Below, in pieces: positions 1 to 9,583 of a DNA stretch of 63,863 bases (within the stretch, counting starts at the first letter, position 1; every line of letters starts with the position of its first letter). Made by a program: the position numbers and the translations under genes. The notes below the pieces were generated by a model. It ran no database searches. It worked only from the letters and a program-made list of their open reading frames with translations, and was not told the DNA's origin. The stretch comes from a virus (taxonomy: Duplodnaviria; Caudoviricetes): positions 1 through 63,863 of the IMG/VR virus record IMGVR_UViG_3300033481_000001. One strand, written 5' to 3'.

Positions 1-248
1 GCTTGGACTTCCACGCCGCACACATGGCGCCGTTTACTGCAGTTCTCCACAAGGTGGTAAGCACGCGGCATCTCCTGCTTTCACCAAGCTTCGCGTCTTC
101 CGGCCAGTGCTTGCACGTCCAGCAACACCGCTTCGGCTTCGTCACTTGCGCACCTTCCCTTTCTTCGACGGTTCGCCTCTGCACGCGTCGCATAGCACGC
201 TGACCCCGTTCGTTTGCCACCCGTTCATGCCGCAGATGAGACTAACGC
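1..248. repeat. Terminal direct repeat, left copy (circular overlap)
   Basis: 1-248 matches 63616-63863; I see one mismatch (A at 121 vs C at 63736). Indicates a circular or circularly permuted complete genome. Confidence 0.95.
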
Positions 249-1046
249 GCGTGAAAGGATGCGCCCCGGGGATTTCCCTGCTGCATCGATCGCACACGAT
301 CCGGTAGGCAGTCACCTCGACGATCACTTGATCACCTTCCTCGCCGTCAGCCTGACGGCGTAGACCGATTGCCCAGATCTGCTAAGGTCCGATGCGACGC
401 GTTCGTTTGCAGCTGCGCAGTTCCTCTGTGTGAGCCCGATTGCATCGCGCGCATCGTTTGCGTTGACGTACACCGTCCGCTGCGCCTCGCCCTGGGACTC
501 GGCGAGCTGCCGGCGCAGGTCGGCGACTTCGCGCTGTGCCTGTTCTAGCTGCCGTTGCGTCTCGGCTAGTTCGGCGTCTAAGGCAATCTCTTTCGCAGTC
601 ACGGCTCACCTCCCAGCTTCCTAACGAGGGCGCGGAGCCGGTCAAGCTCGTCGGCGATGGCTGCTAAGTCATCCGGGCATAGCGCGCCAGTTCCCCAGTC
701 CTCTGCGGAAAGACGACGAATGAACGCCTCAACATCAGCCAGCCCAGGCTCGGGGTCGCGCGGTTGGAGGGCCTCCGCAACCGCCGCTCGCTCGAATGCG
801 TCGATGGCCTCGGATTTCACGCTCTGCACGTCTGGAGCAAACAACAGCGCCTTCCGCGCCTCGGCCTTCGTCATTTGCAGTCCCTCGCCTTTCTGTAAAT
901 CTCCTTCAGTTCTCGGCTGACGTCCTCATACGCCGCCTTCCACATCTCGGCACTTTCGTCCTTCAGTTTGAGCAGAATACGATTCGCGCGAATCTCAACG
1001 ATCCAACACAACAGGGCAGTCACGGCGAAGATCGCCATCGTCTCGG

Positions 1047-1544
1047 TCATGACCTGCCGCCTTTCGCTTCGATCGCCTTCCACGCCTTCGCCACCATGGC
1101 CAGAACCTTGCGCGCGTAGCGCTTGCTTCGCCCGCAGTGGCCCGAGTTGTACGCGCCAAGGCCGCTGACAAGGCCGCTGCACCAAACCTCGCAGAGCGCG
1201 AGCCAGCGCGCCCCAGTGTCGATGCAGGTTGCCGGGTCTCGAAGCTGCGCGCGCGTCCGTCCGTTCCGCGCTACACCATGCAGCTGGAAGGCGCACGACT
1301 CTCCGGCGGCTCCTCGCACGTCCATTCGGCAGTGGCTCTCAACGCGCATGATTGCCACCAGTCTGACAGGATGCTGCAGGTACCTCCGTGCCGACGCGTC
1401 CACGTGCGACGCTAAGCTTTCACTCCCCGGGCAGAGCGCAGACAGCGCGCGCTCAGTCGTGGTGGCAGCGTTCCCAGGCCGCACCGGCAGCACAACCATC
1501 AGCGCGGACCAGAAGATGGCCAGGATGATGAGGAACAGCTTCAT
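1047..1544 (-). CDS. Lytic transglycosylase (SLT domain) with N-terminal signal/TM segment
   Basis: LVAIMRVES catalytic Glu motif, CAFQL (GLMQ-like), CIDTGARWL, GLGAYNSG; hydrophobic N-terminus MKLFLIILAIFWSALMVV. Confidence 0.8.
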   Translation of the reverse strand: MKLFLIILAIFWSALMVVLPVRPGNAATTTERALSALCPGSESLASHVDASARRYLQHPVRLVAIMRVESHCRMDVRGAAGESCAFQLHGVARNGRTRAQLRDPATCIDTGARWLALCEVWCSGLVSGLGAYNSGHCGRSKRYARKVLAMVAKAWKAIEAKGGRS

Positions 1545-1900
1545 GGGACACGATATCCTTCCTCGCGACGTGCCTTCTGATCGCGCAGCCATTCGCCGAA
1601 CTTCATCGGCGGGTCTTCGTTGAGATACGCCTGGTATCGCTTCTGGCTGCGCGTGAGCCTCGGTGGTGGTGGACTGGACTCGCGCATCGCCAGCTTGCCG
1701 GACTCTGTGACCATGTATACATGCATGCCTCCGGTCAGATCGCCCATGCTTCCGCGATCGACCATCAGACCGTCTGCAATCAGAGCGTCAATGTCGACGT
1801 TTCCCTTGTCGCACACGTAGCGGTTTCGGTACTGGTCTCCTTGCCCGTGCTGGTCGACGCCTAGCGAGTGCTGCAGGATGTGCAGTTGGTTTGGGGTCAT
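1541..1900 (-). CDS. Hypothetical phage protein
   Basis: 119-aa ORF coupled to both neighbours by ATGA overlaps. Confidence 0.6.
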   Translation of the reverse strand: MTPNQLHILQHSLGVDQHGQGDQYRNRYVCDKGNVDIDALIADGLMVDRGSMGDLTGGMHVYMVTESGKLAMRESSPPPPRLTRSQKRYQAYLNEDPPMKFGEWLRDQKARREEGYRVP

Positions 1901-2391
1901 GGCCGGAACCCCTTCGCGGCGGCGGCGTTGAATTCGTCGGTGATCCGAACGACAGCGTCACCGAATTCCTGCGTTGCGACCGTCTTTGTGTCGCTGTCAA
2001 GCACCCGTTCCCACGCCTTCGCCCGCGCCAGAAGCTCACGCATGGTCTCCTCCGACACCACGCAGTCCTCTCCCGGCGCAACGGTGTCGTTCATGTTTTG
2101 CTCCATGCGCTCGATGTCTGCCATGGTCAGCATGCTAGTCGTCCCTCCCGTCGCCGTCGTGGCCGGCTGGACGGTGCGCCTCGGATAGGAGCATGGAGGC
2201 TTCGACGATGAAGTCACAATGCGAGTGTCCGTCTCCCAATCCATATGCCCACCTGTACCGAGGATTGTCCACGCTGACGACGTCGAAGCGAACACCGAAC
2301 ATGAGCGACGCCGCGCCAATAGACGCGCATGTTTCTTCAGCCATTACTAACGCCATCGCCGCGCGCTTCATCTCGGCCCGCGTGAGCGCCT

Positions 2392-2583
2392 TCATGGCCG
2401 CTTGCCTTTCGCGATCTCCTCGATCGCCTCTTCGATTCTCGCACGGCTCACCGGCCTGATCGGCTGGCCAGTCTCCCACCTGCGCACCGTGTTCGGCGCA
2501 ACCCTGGACTCCCCAGCGATGGCGTTGCGCTCTGCTGCTGTGAGCCGCTGCGGCACCACAAACGTGAACTTTTTCTTTCGCAT
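2392..2583 (-). CDS. Small Cro-like HTH DNA-binding protein
   Basis: AIAGESRVAPNTVRRWETG helix-turn-helix pattern; promoter directly upstream. Confidence 0.65.
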   Translation of the reverse strand: MRKKKFTFVVPQRLTAAERNAIAGESRVAPNTVRRWETGQPIRPVSRARIEEAIEEIAKGKRP

Positions 2584-2590
2584 GTCACCC

Positions 2591-2619
2591 ATGATGAATC
2601 AAGTTGGGGTGGATGTCAA
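2591..2619 (-). promoter_or_regulatory. Sigma70-type promoter, leaderless
   Basis: TTGACA-N17-CATCAT, then 7 nt to ATG at 2583. Confidence 0.65.
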
Positions 2620-3059
2620 GCGCTGATTTCCAGCTGCAGCGCCTTGAACGAGCACGTTATCTCGCACCCGAGCGAAGCCGCTAGGAACGTCACCAGACGC
2701 GCGTCCGGGAAGGCCTCGAAGACGAGCGTCAACTCCTCGTGCTCCTTGTCGTCCTTGCCCTTGACGGCGGCCGTTGCCTGCACGCCCTCGCAGTCCAGAA
2801 TCTCCGCATTGCCAGTGCCGGACAGCTCCGCCTTGGCGTGGTACGCGTCGATGGGGATTACGCACTTCTTGATGTCTCTGGCAGCCATCATATGCCACTG
2901 CTTCATCGCCGAGTCTCCGAGCCATTCAGCCGATTCGATGTCGAACGGCTTAACCAGCTCGAACCGCACGCGCCTGAGAATCGTGCTCGGATCGTCTGGA
3001 CTCTTGCGAGCGCGCAAAATGGCCGACTTGAGCACCGCTGAGAATCCGGCGTCTTTCAT
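2616..3059 (-). CDS. Hypothetical protein
   Basis: ORF from MKDAGF with protein-like composition. Confidence 0.6.
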   Translation of the reverse strand: MKDAGFSAVLKSAILRARKSPDDPSTILRRVRFELVKPFDIESAEWLGDSAMKQWHMMAARDIKKCVIPIDAYHAKAELSGTGNAEILDCEGVQATAAVKGKDDKEHEELTLVFEAFPDARLVTFLAASLGCEITCSFKALQLEISA

Positions 3060-3533
3060 GCCTACCACCACGCCTTGAAAGCTTCCTTGGTGACCTTCGC
3101 CGCGCCAAGTGCCGCCACGATCGCCACCGGGACGGTAAGCGTCGAACCCGCGTAGGCGTCGATTCGGTGGGCCTGCAGAGCAAGCCATCCTGCTGCCGTC
3201 CACGCTGCGGTAGAGACGCCGAGGATGAGTGCTCCGGCACAGACGCCGGCCAGCTTGTCGAGGATTCGTTCTGTCGTGGTCATGGTTGGGTCCTTTCGTT
3301 GGTTGTTTCTTCGAGCGCTTTGATCTCCGTTGCCCTAGGCAGCGCCCAGTCTCTTCTCCATAGCCGAGCAGCTTTGTCGATTGCATCATCAACGTCTGTG
3401 GCGGTGACGTCTAGGTAGGTCTGATTAACCTGCGCGATCCAAACACGATAGGGTTTGCCTTTCATGGATTGTGCCTTTCGTTGGTTGTCCATTCTGCGGT
3501 CAGTTTCGATCCGAAGTCCTGCGCGGCGCGGGC

Positions 3534-3866
3534 CTAGAACGGTGGCTCGTCGTTCTCACTCGGAAGCTCTGGCTGCTTCGCCGCATGCTTCCCGCCCACA
3601 ATCTCGATCGTTTCAGCCACCGCCTCGCCGAAAACCTTGCCGTTCCAGTCGCGGCCACCGAGCCTACCGGTAACTTCCACCATGTCGCCTTTCCCGCATT
3701 CCTTCGCCGTCTCGACCAGACGCCCGAAGGCTTTGATGGGTACGAGCTGGGGATACTGCCCGTCCGTCCCTAGAATCAGCGTGACGATCTCCTTCCCGTT
3801 CTTCGTGACGAAGGTGTCGGTTCGCTCGTAGGTTCCTCGAATCGTGAATGTATTCGTGTTGCTCAT
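3534..3866 (-). CDS. ssb: Single-stranded DNA-binding protein (OB fold)
   Basis: GDMVEVTGRLGGRDWNG strand pattern and acidic tail ENDEPPF. Confidence 0.8.
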   Translation of the reverse strand: MSNTNTFTIRGTYERTDTFVTKNGKEIVTLILGTDGQYPQLVPIKAFGRLVETAKECGKGDMVEVTGRLGGRDWNGKVFGEAVAETIEIVGGKHAAKQPELPSENDEPPF

Positions 3867-4339
3867 CGGTTCCCTTTCGTTTCGTTGGTGAGACTGTCAG
3901 CCAGTCGTCGCGCCGACAGGTTGTCGATCTCCGACACCTTCCGCAGCCCGTAGAAAATTGCCTGCACCGTCAGCCCGAACTCGCGAGCGAGCACAGCACG
4001 TGGAACGATTCGGATCAGCACCGCCCACGCCAGGTAGCGAACCTTCGCCGACTCGTGGTTGCGATCGTAGAACTCGGTGTAGTCGACGTGTCGGCGCGTG
4101 CATGCCCAGGTTCGCGCGGCATGCAGGACCTCAACCCAGTTGGCCGGTGCCTTCCAAGCCCCACTGAACTGGTTCGGGCGCTTGCGGTATCTGTGAGTAT
4201 GCGGCGCCTCTGGCTGCTCGCGCTCCTCCGTCTTGGCGAGCTCGTAGACGCGCGCCACGTGATCAGCTTCCGCTTTGGCCGAGTCTTCGGACATGCCGGA
4301 CAGGATGGCCTGCTCGTAGGCAACCGAGAAGGCGCTCAT
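3863..4339 (-). CDS. Protein with DnaA domain IV-like HTH
   Basis: VRYLAWAVL...LAREFGLTVQAIFYGLRKV resembles the DnaA C-terminal DNA-binding domain; lies in replication module. Confidence 0.5.
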   Translation of the reverse strand: MSAFSVAYEQAILSGMSEDSAKAEADHVARVYELAKTEEREQPEAPHTHRYRKRPNQFSGAWKAPANWVEVLHAARTWACTRRHVDYTEFYDRNHESAKVRYLAWAVLIRIVPRAVLAREFGLTVQAIFYGLRKVSEIDNLSARRLADSLTNETKGNR

Positions 4340-4866
4340 GCGTGTTCCCTTCGCATGTCTGGCCCTCCGCACACGATGAAGGCGCCATCTTCGTTAATCC
4401 GGCTGGCGATACGCTCCCCGTAACGCGCCTTGAATTCGGCCGGCCCAAGGTTCGTCGTCAAGCACGTCTTGCGCTTGCAGGCAAATCGCTTGCTGACGAG
4501 TTCCTCGAACGTGGCCAGGTATCGATCGCTGTTGTCCAGGTACTCCAACCCGAGGTCATCGATCACTAACGCATAGGCCCTTGCCGCCTTCCAGTATTGC
4601 TCTTGGTCATAGGCGTACCCGCGGGCGAGTTCTGCGGCCTGAATCCACATCCGATAGCCGTCGCGACTTCCGTGCATGGCCAGCCAGATCGCGGCTGCGA
4701 TAGACTTCCCAACCCCGGGAGGGCCGGATAGACAGAGCATATCCACCGGCCTGTAGATATCCTCTAGCGCTGCCGTAGCTTGCGGCTGCTGCGCGTTCTC
4801 CAGCGTCCTGGCAGGAACACCCACGGAAAGCAGATAGGCCTCTAGCTCGTCGTCTCGTTGGCTCAC
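4336..4866 (-). CDS. DnaC/IstB-like AAA+ helicase loader
   Basis: Walker A GPPGVGKS, Walker B LVIDDLGLE, LTTNL, YGERIASRI. Confidence 0.9.
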   Translation of the reverse strand: MSQRDDELEAYLLSVGVPARTLENAQQPQATAALEDIYRPVDMLCLSGPPGVGKSIAAAIWLAMHGSRDGYRMWIQAAELARGYAYDQEQYWKAARAYALVIDDLGLEYLDNSDRYLATFEELVSKRFACKRKTCLTTNLGPAEFKARYGERIASRINEDGAFIVCGGPDMRREHA

Positions 4867-5636
4867 AGCTTTACTTCTCCTGTCACCTTCGGTTGCTCTG
4901 TCGTGGCGCGGTAGTGGCCGTGGGAAACGTCGCGTGTCTGTAGCTGCTTCTCGAAAACCGGCACTTTCCAGAAGTCCTTGCGCAAGTACCGCGGCGCCTG
5001 CTGGATGAACTCCCCGCCGTCCTTGCGCTTCACGGATTCGACGTGAGCCATGATGGCAGGAGCGTATTCATCACCTGGCCATGCCTTGATTGCCTCCGGC
5101 TTGTTCACCCTTCGGTGAGCCGGGAAGGCAACCCAGAACGCTTCGAATGCGTCAGAACCAACCGCTGGCGCAGCCCGCTTCTTTCTGTTAGCGCTAACGT
5201 TAGCGCCAACGTTGGCGTGCCGATCTACTTCTTCTTCTACTTCTTCTTCTTCTCTGGATCCGGATCCGGAAGCCTTCTCGCGAACCTTCCGCATCAAGTC
5301 GCGTTGCTTCTCGTTGCGCCTACGATACGCGGCTACACCTGCACCAGAGCCTTCCACCCATTCGTGCAACACGTGTTCGCCGTTAGCGCTAACATCGACG
5401 TAACCGACTGCTAACAGTGCATCGAAACACTTCCCGCGTTCTCCCCTCCACTCTGCCGCGAACTCTATTTCGTCAGGAGTCATCTTCCCAAGGTTTCCGT
5501 CCGGTGCGTTTTCTGCCGCCCAGCACCACAGCGCAAGCACAGGTTCACCGGTCCCGAGCATCCGACGCAGCGCCATCGTTTTCCTGTGACGTGGCCACGA
5601 CGTGTAAAGTCGGATCCAAGGAACGGTCGTCACCAT
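4863..5636 (-). CDS. Phage replication initiator (O-like)
   Basis: WIRLY...LWCWAAEN N-terminal domain, acidic linker, FEAFWVAFP C-terminal domain; directly upstream of DnaC-like gene. Confidence 0.75.
   Translation of the reverse strand: MVTTVPWIRLYTSWPRHRKTMALRRMLGTGEPVLALWCWAAENAPDGNLGKMTPDEIEFAAEWRGERGKCFDALLAVGYVDVSANGEHVLHEWVEGSGAGVAAYRRRNEKQRDLMRKVREKASGSGSREEEEVEEEVDRHANVGANVSANRKKRAAPAVGSDAFEAFWVAFPAHRRVNKPEAIKAWPGDEYAPAIMAHVESVKRKDGGEFIQQAPRYLRKDFWKVPVFEKQLQTRDVSHGHYRATTEQPKVTGEVKL
5187..5220. repeat. Tandem 12-bp palindromic iteron-like repeats in initiator gene
   Basis: GTTAGCGCTAAC, GTTAGCGCCAAC, GTTGGCG in tandem; another GTTAGCGCTAAC at 5382-5393; adjacent CTT-rich tract. Confidence 0.55.
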
Positions 5637-5941
5637 CCACCCCCCAAAGCATCCGCGCACACAGCACCCAGGGGAAGGTGCGAGCGACCACGAGGGGAGG
5701 GGCGCGGATGCTTTCGATGGTGGACGATGTTCATGGTCGCTCGCAAGGACGATTCAAGCACATCACGGCCGCTTCGTCAACCGGGAATCGCGCGCCAGCC
5801 GACGGGCGCGTTCCCGTCTCTGTGCGCACTCTTGCAGGCGCTTGGCACGCCGGCAGCGGCTGGCGCGGTCTAGCATGCGCTGGAGTTTGGCGGCAAGATT
5901 GTCTGACACGACGTAGGACCATATCCACGGGCCGCGCATCA

Positions 5942-6949
5942 TCACCGCACCCCCGGCAGTATTTCCTGGCTCAGTCGCTTGGCGGCGATGGCACAATATT
6001 TTTCTTCTATCTCGATGCCGATGGCGCGACGTCCTAGGTTCTTGGCGGCGACGAGCGTCGTGCCGCTGCCCATGAACAAGTCGAGCACCGTGTCCAGCGG
6101 ACGAGAACTAACGCGCACCATTTGAGAAATCAATCCGATTGGCTTCTGTGCTGGGTGGAATCTGTTGCGCTCAATCGCGAAGCGCCACACGTCCCCCCAT
6201 TGGTCGTTTATCGACAGGAAGAACGGGCGGCGCAGGTCTTCGTACTCTCGGCGCAGGTCTTCGTACTCTCGGCGCAGGTACATGGTTGATCCAAGGAACT
6301 CGCGCATGGTGGCGTATTGCTCTGCTGTTGGGATGTTGAACCCAAGAAGCCAATTACTCACGCAACCGGTTAGCCCTCCGGTCTTCGACGGAAACAGGGA
6401 AGCGATCTGTTTGTTCGTCACGTCGGCGCGCGCGAATTCTTCACGCAAATAATCACCGATGATCGTGCGCTTGGTGTCTTCGCACTTATTCCAATATCCA
6501 CAAGCACCCTTGGCCTTTTCGTCTGCTTCTTTCTTCTCAGCAACGACAACGCGCTCTGTGTTGCTAGGCCAGTATGTACGAAGCGCGGTAACATCGATGC
6601 CTGACCCAGCCGCCCCTTTTCGACCATCGCCCTTGTCCCATACCGCCGAAGCGATGACCGAAAATCGCTTCGCGATCACTCCTTCTACACGAGACGAAAG
6701 CCTGGGCGATGCGAACGTGTAGAGAGTTCCATTATCGGACACGACCGGATCGACGAAAGCGAATACTCCATCAAGCCATTCCAAAAAGTCGGAGTCGCTA
6801 GACCACTGGTTGTCCCACTCCTCGTCTAGGACTCCGTTGTATGGAGGATCGGTGACAACTAACGAAACCTTCGTAAGCGTCGGCAGCACTTCCCGGCAGT
6901 CAGCGTGGTAGATGACAATCCCGGCATGGTCGTAGTACGGCTTTATCAC
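5942..6949 (-). CDS. N6-adenine/N4-cytosine DNA methyltransferase (beta order)
   Basis: VTDPPY, HPAQKP, VLDLFMGSGTT, IGIEIE. Confidence 0.92.
   Translation of the reverse strand: MIKPYYDHAGIVIYHADCREVLPTLTKVSLVVTDPPYNGVLDEEWDNQWSSDSDFLEWLDGVFAFVDPVVSDNGTLYTFASPRLSSRVEGVIAKRFSVIASAVWDKGDGRKGAAGSGIDVTALRTYWPSNTERVVVAEKKEADEKAKGACGYWNKCEDTKRTIIGDYLREEFARADVTNKQIASLFPSKTGGLTGCVSNWLLGFNIPTAEQYATMREFLGSTMYLRREYEDLRREYEDLRRPFFLSINDQWGDVWRFAIERNRFHPAQKPIGLISQMVRVSSRPLDTVLDLFMGSGTTLVAAKNLGRRAIGIEIEEKYCAIAAKRLSQEILPGVR
6228..6279. repeat. 21-bp in-frame tandem repeat (2.5 copies) in methyltransferase
   Basis: CGGCGCAGGTCTTCGTACTCT twice plus partial; encodes REYEDLR heptads. Confidence 0.9.
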
Positions 6950-8007
6950 GAGTCACCCCTCGTGCACCAAGCAATCTTGCGCAGAAGCTTGCACCGCGCG
7001 CAGGACGCCTGGCCTGGCCCGACACGGTTGCGACGGCAGCGTATGCACAGGCCGAGGGCGCGGCACGCCTTCATTCGTCGTCGCCAGTAGCGGCGAAGGT
7101 GCGCGAGCTGCGCGGGAGTGGAGGTCATTTCCGCGGCTCCTCTGGCGCCTGCTCGACGAGCAGGATTGCCCTTTCGATCGTGTGGCACAGATCGTCCATT
7201 CGGATAACCCATAGTTGGTCACTGTGCTTGCGCTGTTTCAAGCTTTCGCGAGCGTTGTCCAGCTTCTCCTCCAAGAGGGTTAGCAGCCATCGTTTCGTGG
7301 ACATTAGCGCACCTCCTCATACGTGATCTTGGCCTTCCCGTCTCGTCCGATGCACACCCAGAAGGCGCGATCGCAGACCTGGACAAACCATCCGCGTGAG
7401 TCCATCTGCTCGACGTGTAGCCACGGAGAGATCACCAGCTCATCGAACACGGAGCGATGAGATAGACGGTTCTCCTTCTGCGATGTCGACGTGCAGTCTA
7501 GGCTGACTACCTCGCCTTTGCGGTAGCCGCGCGGGCTGTAGTGCAGGATTCTCCAGTCTGAGCCAGGGGGAGCTTTCTTGGAGGTCACCGCGGTTCCTCC
7601 CTCGTGACGGTCCATCCGATTCCCTGGCGCCACTCCGCCCAGCGCGTTCCGTGGCTGGTCTCGGCTCGCCAGAGATGGCGGTCAATGCCTCCGCACCTCG
7701 CTACGTTCTTGCGGCCGTCGCTGGCCAAGATGACGATGTAGCCGGTGAGCGTCTTCACGCTCTGGATGCGCGTAACAGCGTCGTTCTCGTTCGGTGCGTC
7801 CATGTGGAATCGTGTCATGCTTCGCTTACCTCCGAGGACTCCGCCGGAACCGCCCCGGCTTGCACTTTCCATTTCAGGCTGCGAGTCCAGTAACCTTCTG
7901 TGGATCACTAGTCGTGTGTTGAAGCGACTTCGTCAGAAGGTCCCCACCGTTCGCACCATGCCGGCCGTGGTCGCCGTTTGCCTGGGTGTCAGGCGGAAGT
8001 ATTCTGG

Positions 8008-8358
8008 TTATTGCACCGCCTTCAGCGTCGGCTTCTTTGGTTTCTCCGCAATCGCATCGACGTCGATCGGGAACGTGGCCATCACGTCTCCGTAGACGTG
8101 CATCCGAATCACCGATGACCACGGCACGAAGGTCTTCCTCGGCTGCCGTTCGAATGACAGTGTAGCCGAGATGCCCTCGTCGGTTACCTCTAGGTCCGGG
8201 ATAGGAGTAGGCATGTTGTCTCCGTACTCCAATAGGACTCCATCGGAACGCAGGTGTTCCGATGGAAGGTCGAGCCCAGGCGACAAGATGGCGGTCACCA
8301 TGATCCTGTGTCCCTGGGCTAAGGCAGCCTCGAACAATGGACGCTTTAGCGAAATCAC
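8008..8358 (-). CDS. sspB: SspB-like ClpXP adaptor (stringent starvation protein B)
   Basis: IPDLEVTDEGISATLSFERQPRKTFVPWSSV core; C-terminal KPTLKAVQ resembling the ClpX-binding LRVVK tail; GTGA overlap with upstream gene. Confidence 0.8.
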   Translation of the reverse strand: MISLKRPLFEAALAQGHRIMVTAILSPGLDLPSEHLRSDGVLLEYGDNMPTPIPDLEVTDEGISATLSFERQPRKTFVPWSSVIRMHVYGDVMATFPIDVDAIAEKPKKPTLKAVQ

Positions 8359-9362
8359 TTGGCCGCGTCCTCTCCGGCCGGCAGCGGAGGGAACTCCTCG
8401 TCGAACTTGGCGCCGGCCTTGATGGCGAGTCCTGCTTTCGTAAGGTCTGCGTCGCTCAGGTTGCGGGCGAGAATGCGCGTCTCGGCCTCGACGGCGTCGA
8501 TGCCAGTGGAGAGCCCTACCAGGCGTGCGACGAGCTTGTTGACGGTTGGCTTCGGCGTGACAGCGGAGTCGCCGGCGGCCCATTTGGCCATCTCTTCACC
8601 AATGCTTTCGTCAAGCGACTTGTCACCCGCAAGTAGCTTCCGGAATTGTTCTGGGATGCGCGTCCATTCCTTTTCGCCAGGCTCATCGGTGTTGAGGCAT
8701 GGGCGCCCGTCGCTGCGTGGCTTGAGCAGGCACCTCGTCGGGAACTCGAAGATCATCTCGTCGCCGGTGATTGGCATGTAGCCAAGGTGCATCGGGTCCT
8801 GACCTCGCTGAAGCTTCAGCTTGTCCTTCGTGCGGAAGCAGCCGATGATTGAGATCGGCATTTGCAGCATGCCGTTGATCATGCGCCGTCGGTTCATCTT
8901 CGGTTTCTTCCACGCCAGCATCTTCACTCGCTCTGCCTTTCCCTGGTCGCCCTTGGACAACCGCTCCAGCTCTTCCTCGAACTGTTCGAGCACGCCTCCA
9001 ATTGACTCGTGTTCATGCGAGAACGAATCGACGATAGCCACGGTGACACCGTTCGCCGCGCAGTGCTCGACAGCCGCCAAGTAATCGAGGCTTCCGAACG
9101 GTGCCCCGAATGGTATGTGCAGGAAGTCGAATGTCCTGGGCGGATCTGCCTTTGCGCCAGGCACTGGAGCATAATGCCTCGCGCGCTCCGCCTCGGTGTC
9201 GATGACTCCGATCTTACCGCCGAACACCTTCGTGATTCCCGTCGCCAGGCGAAGGGCGCTCAGGGTCTTCCCCCCTCCGCTAGGCCCTCCCAAGGCTATC
9301 CACAGTGGCGTCTTCGTCCTGACGGCCTGGCGCATTTCAAACGTTCTAGAAGCTGACATCAC
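8355..9362 (-). CDS. RecA-superfamily ATPase (Sak4-like recombinase)
   Basis: GPSGGGKT, VIDTE, IVDSFSHEHE; next to exonuclease. Confidence 0.85.
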   Translation of the reverse strand: MMSASRTFEMRQAVRTKTPLWIALGGPSGGGKTLSALRLATGITKVFGGKIGVIDTEAERARHYAPVPGAKADPPRTFDFLHIPFGAPFGSLDYLAAVEHCAANGVTVAIVDSFSHEHESIGGVLEQFEEELERLSKGDQGKAERVKMLAWKKPKMNRRRMINGMLQMPISIIGCFRTKDKLKLQRGQDPMHLGYMPITGDEMIFEFPTRCLLKPRSDGRPCLNTDEPGEKEWTRIPEQFRKLLAGDKSLDESIGEEMAKWAAGDSAVTPKPTVNKLVARLVGLSTGIDAVEAETRILARNLSDADLTKAGLAIKAGAKFDEEFPPLPAGEDAAK

Positions 9363-9583
9363 TCGTCCCTCGCTAGCAGAAGGAAATCGTGTTCCGGATC
9401 AACCTTGCGTGGCCCCTGCCAAAACTGTGACCACAGCATCACCCTCGCGCATTCCCCAACGTCTGCGCAACCCTCTGTCCACACTTCCATGGTCTCGGGT
9501 ATCCCTGAAGCTATCTTGGCTTCCAGGGTATTGATCAGTTGTCGAATTGTCATCGACTTTCGGCTATCAGAAGCTGACGTCAC
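9359..9583 (-). CDS. Small hypothetical protein between 16-bp direct repeats
   Basis: 74-aa ORF bounded by AGAAGCTGAC(A/G)TCACT at 9348-9363 and 9569-9584. Confidence 0.55.
   Translation of the reverse strand: MTSASDSRKSMTIRQLINTLEAKIASGIPETMEVWTEGCADVGECARVMLWSQFWQGPRKVDPEHDFLLLARDE

Noticed and set aside
6228-6279. Phase-variable switch in methyltransferase
   Set aside because: The 21-bp unit preserves frame, and such heptad repeats are common in this MTase group.
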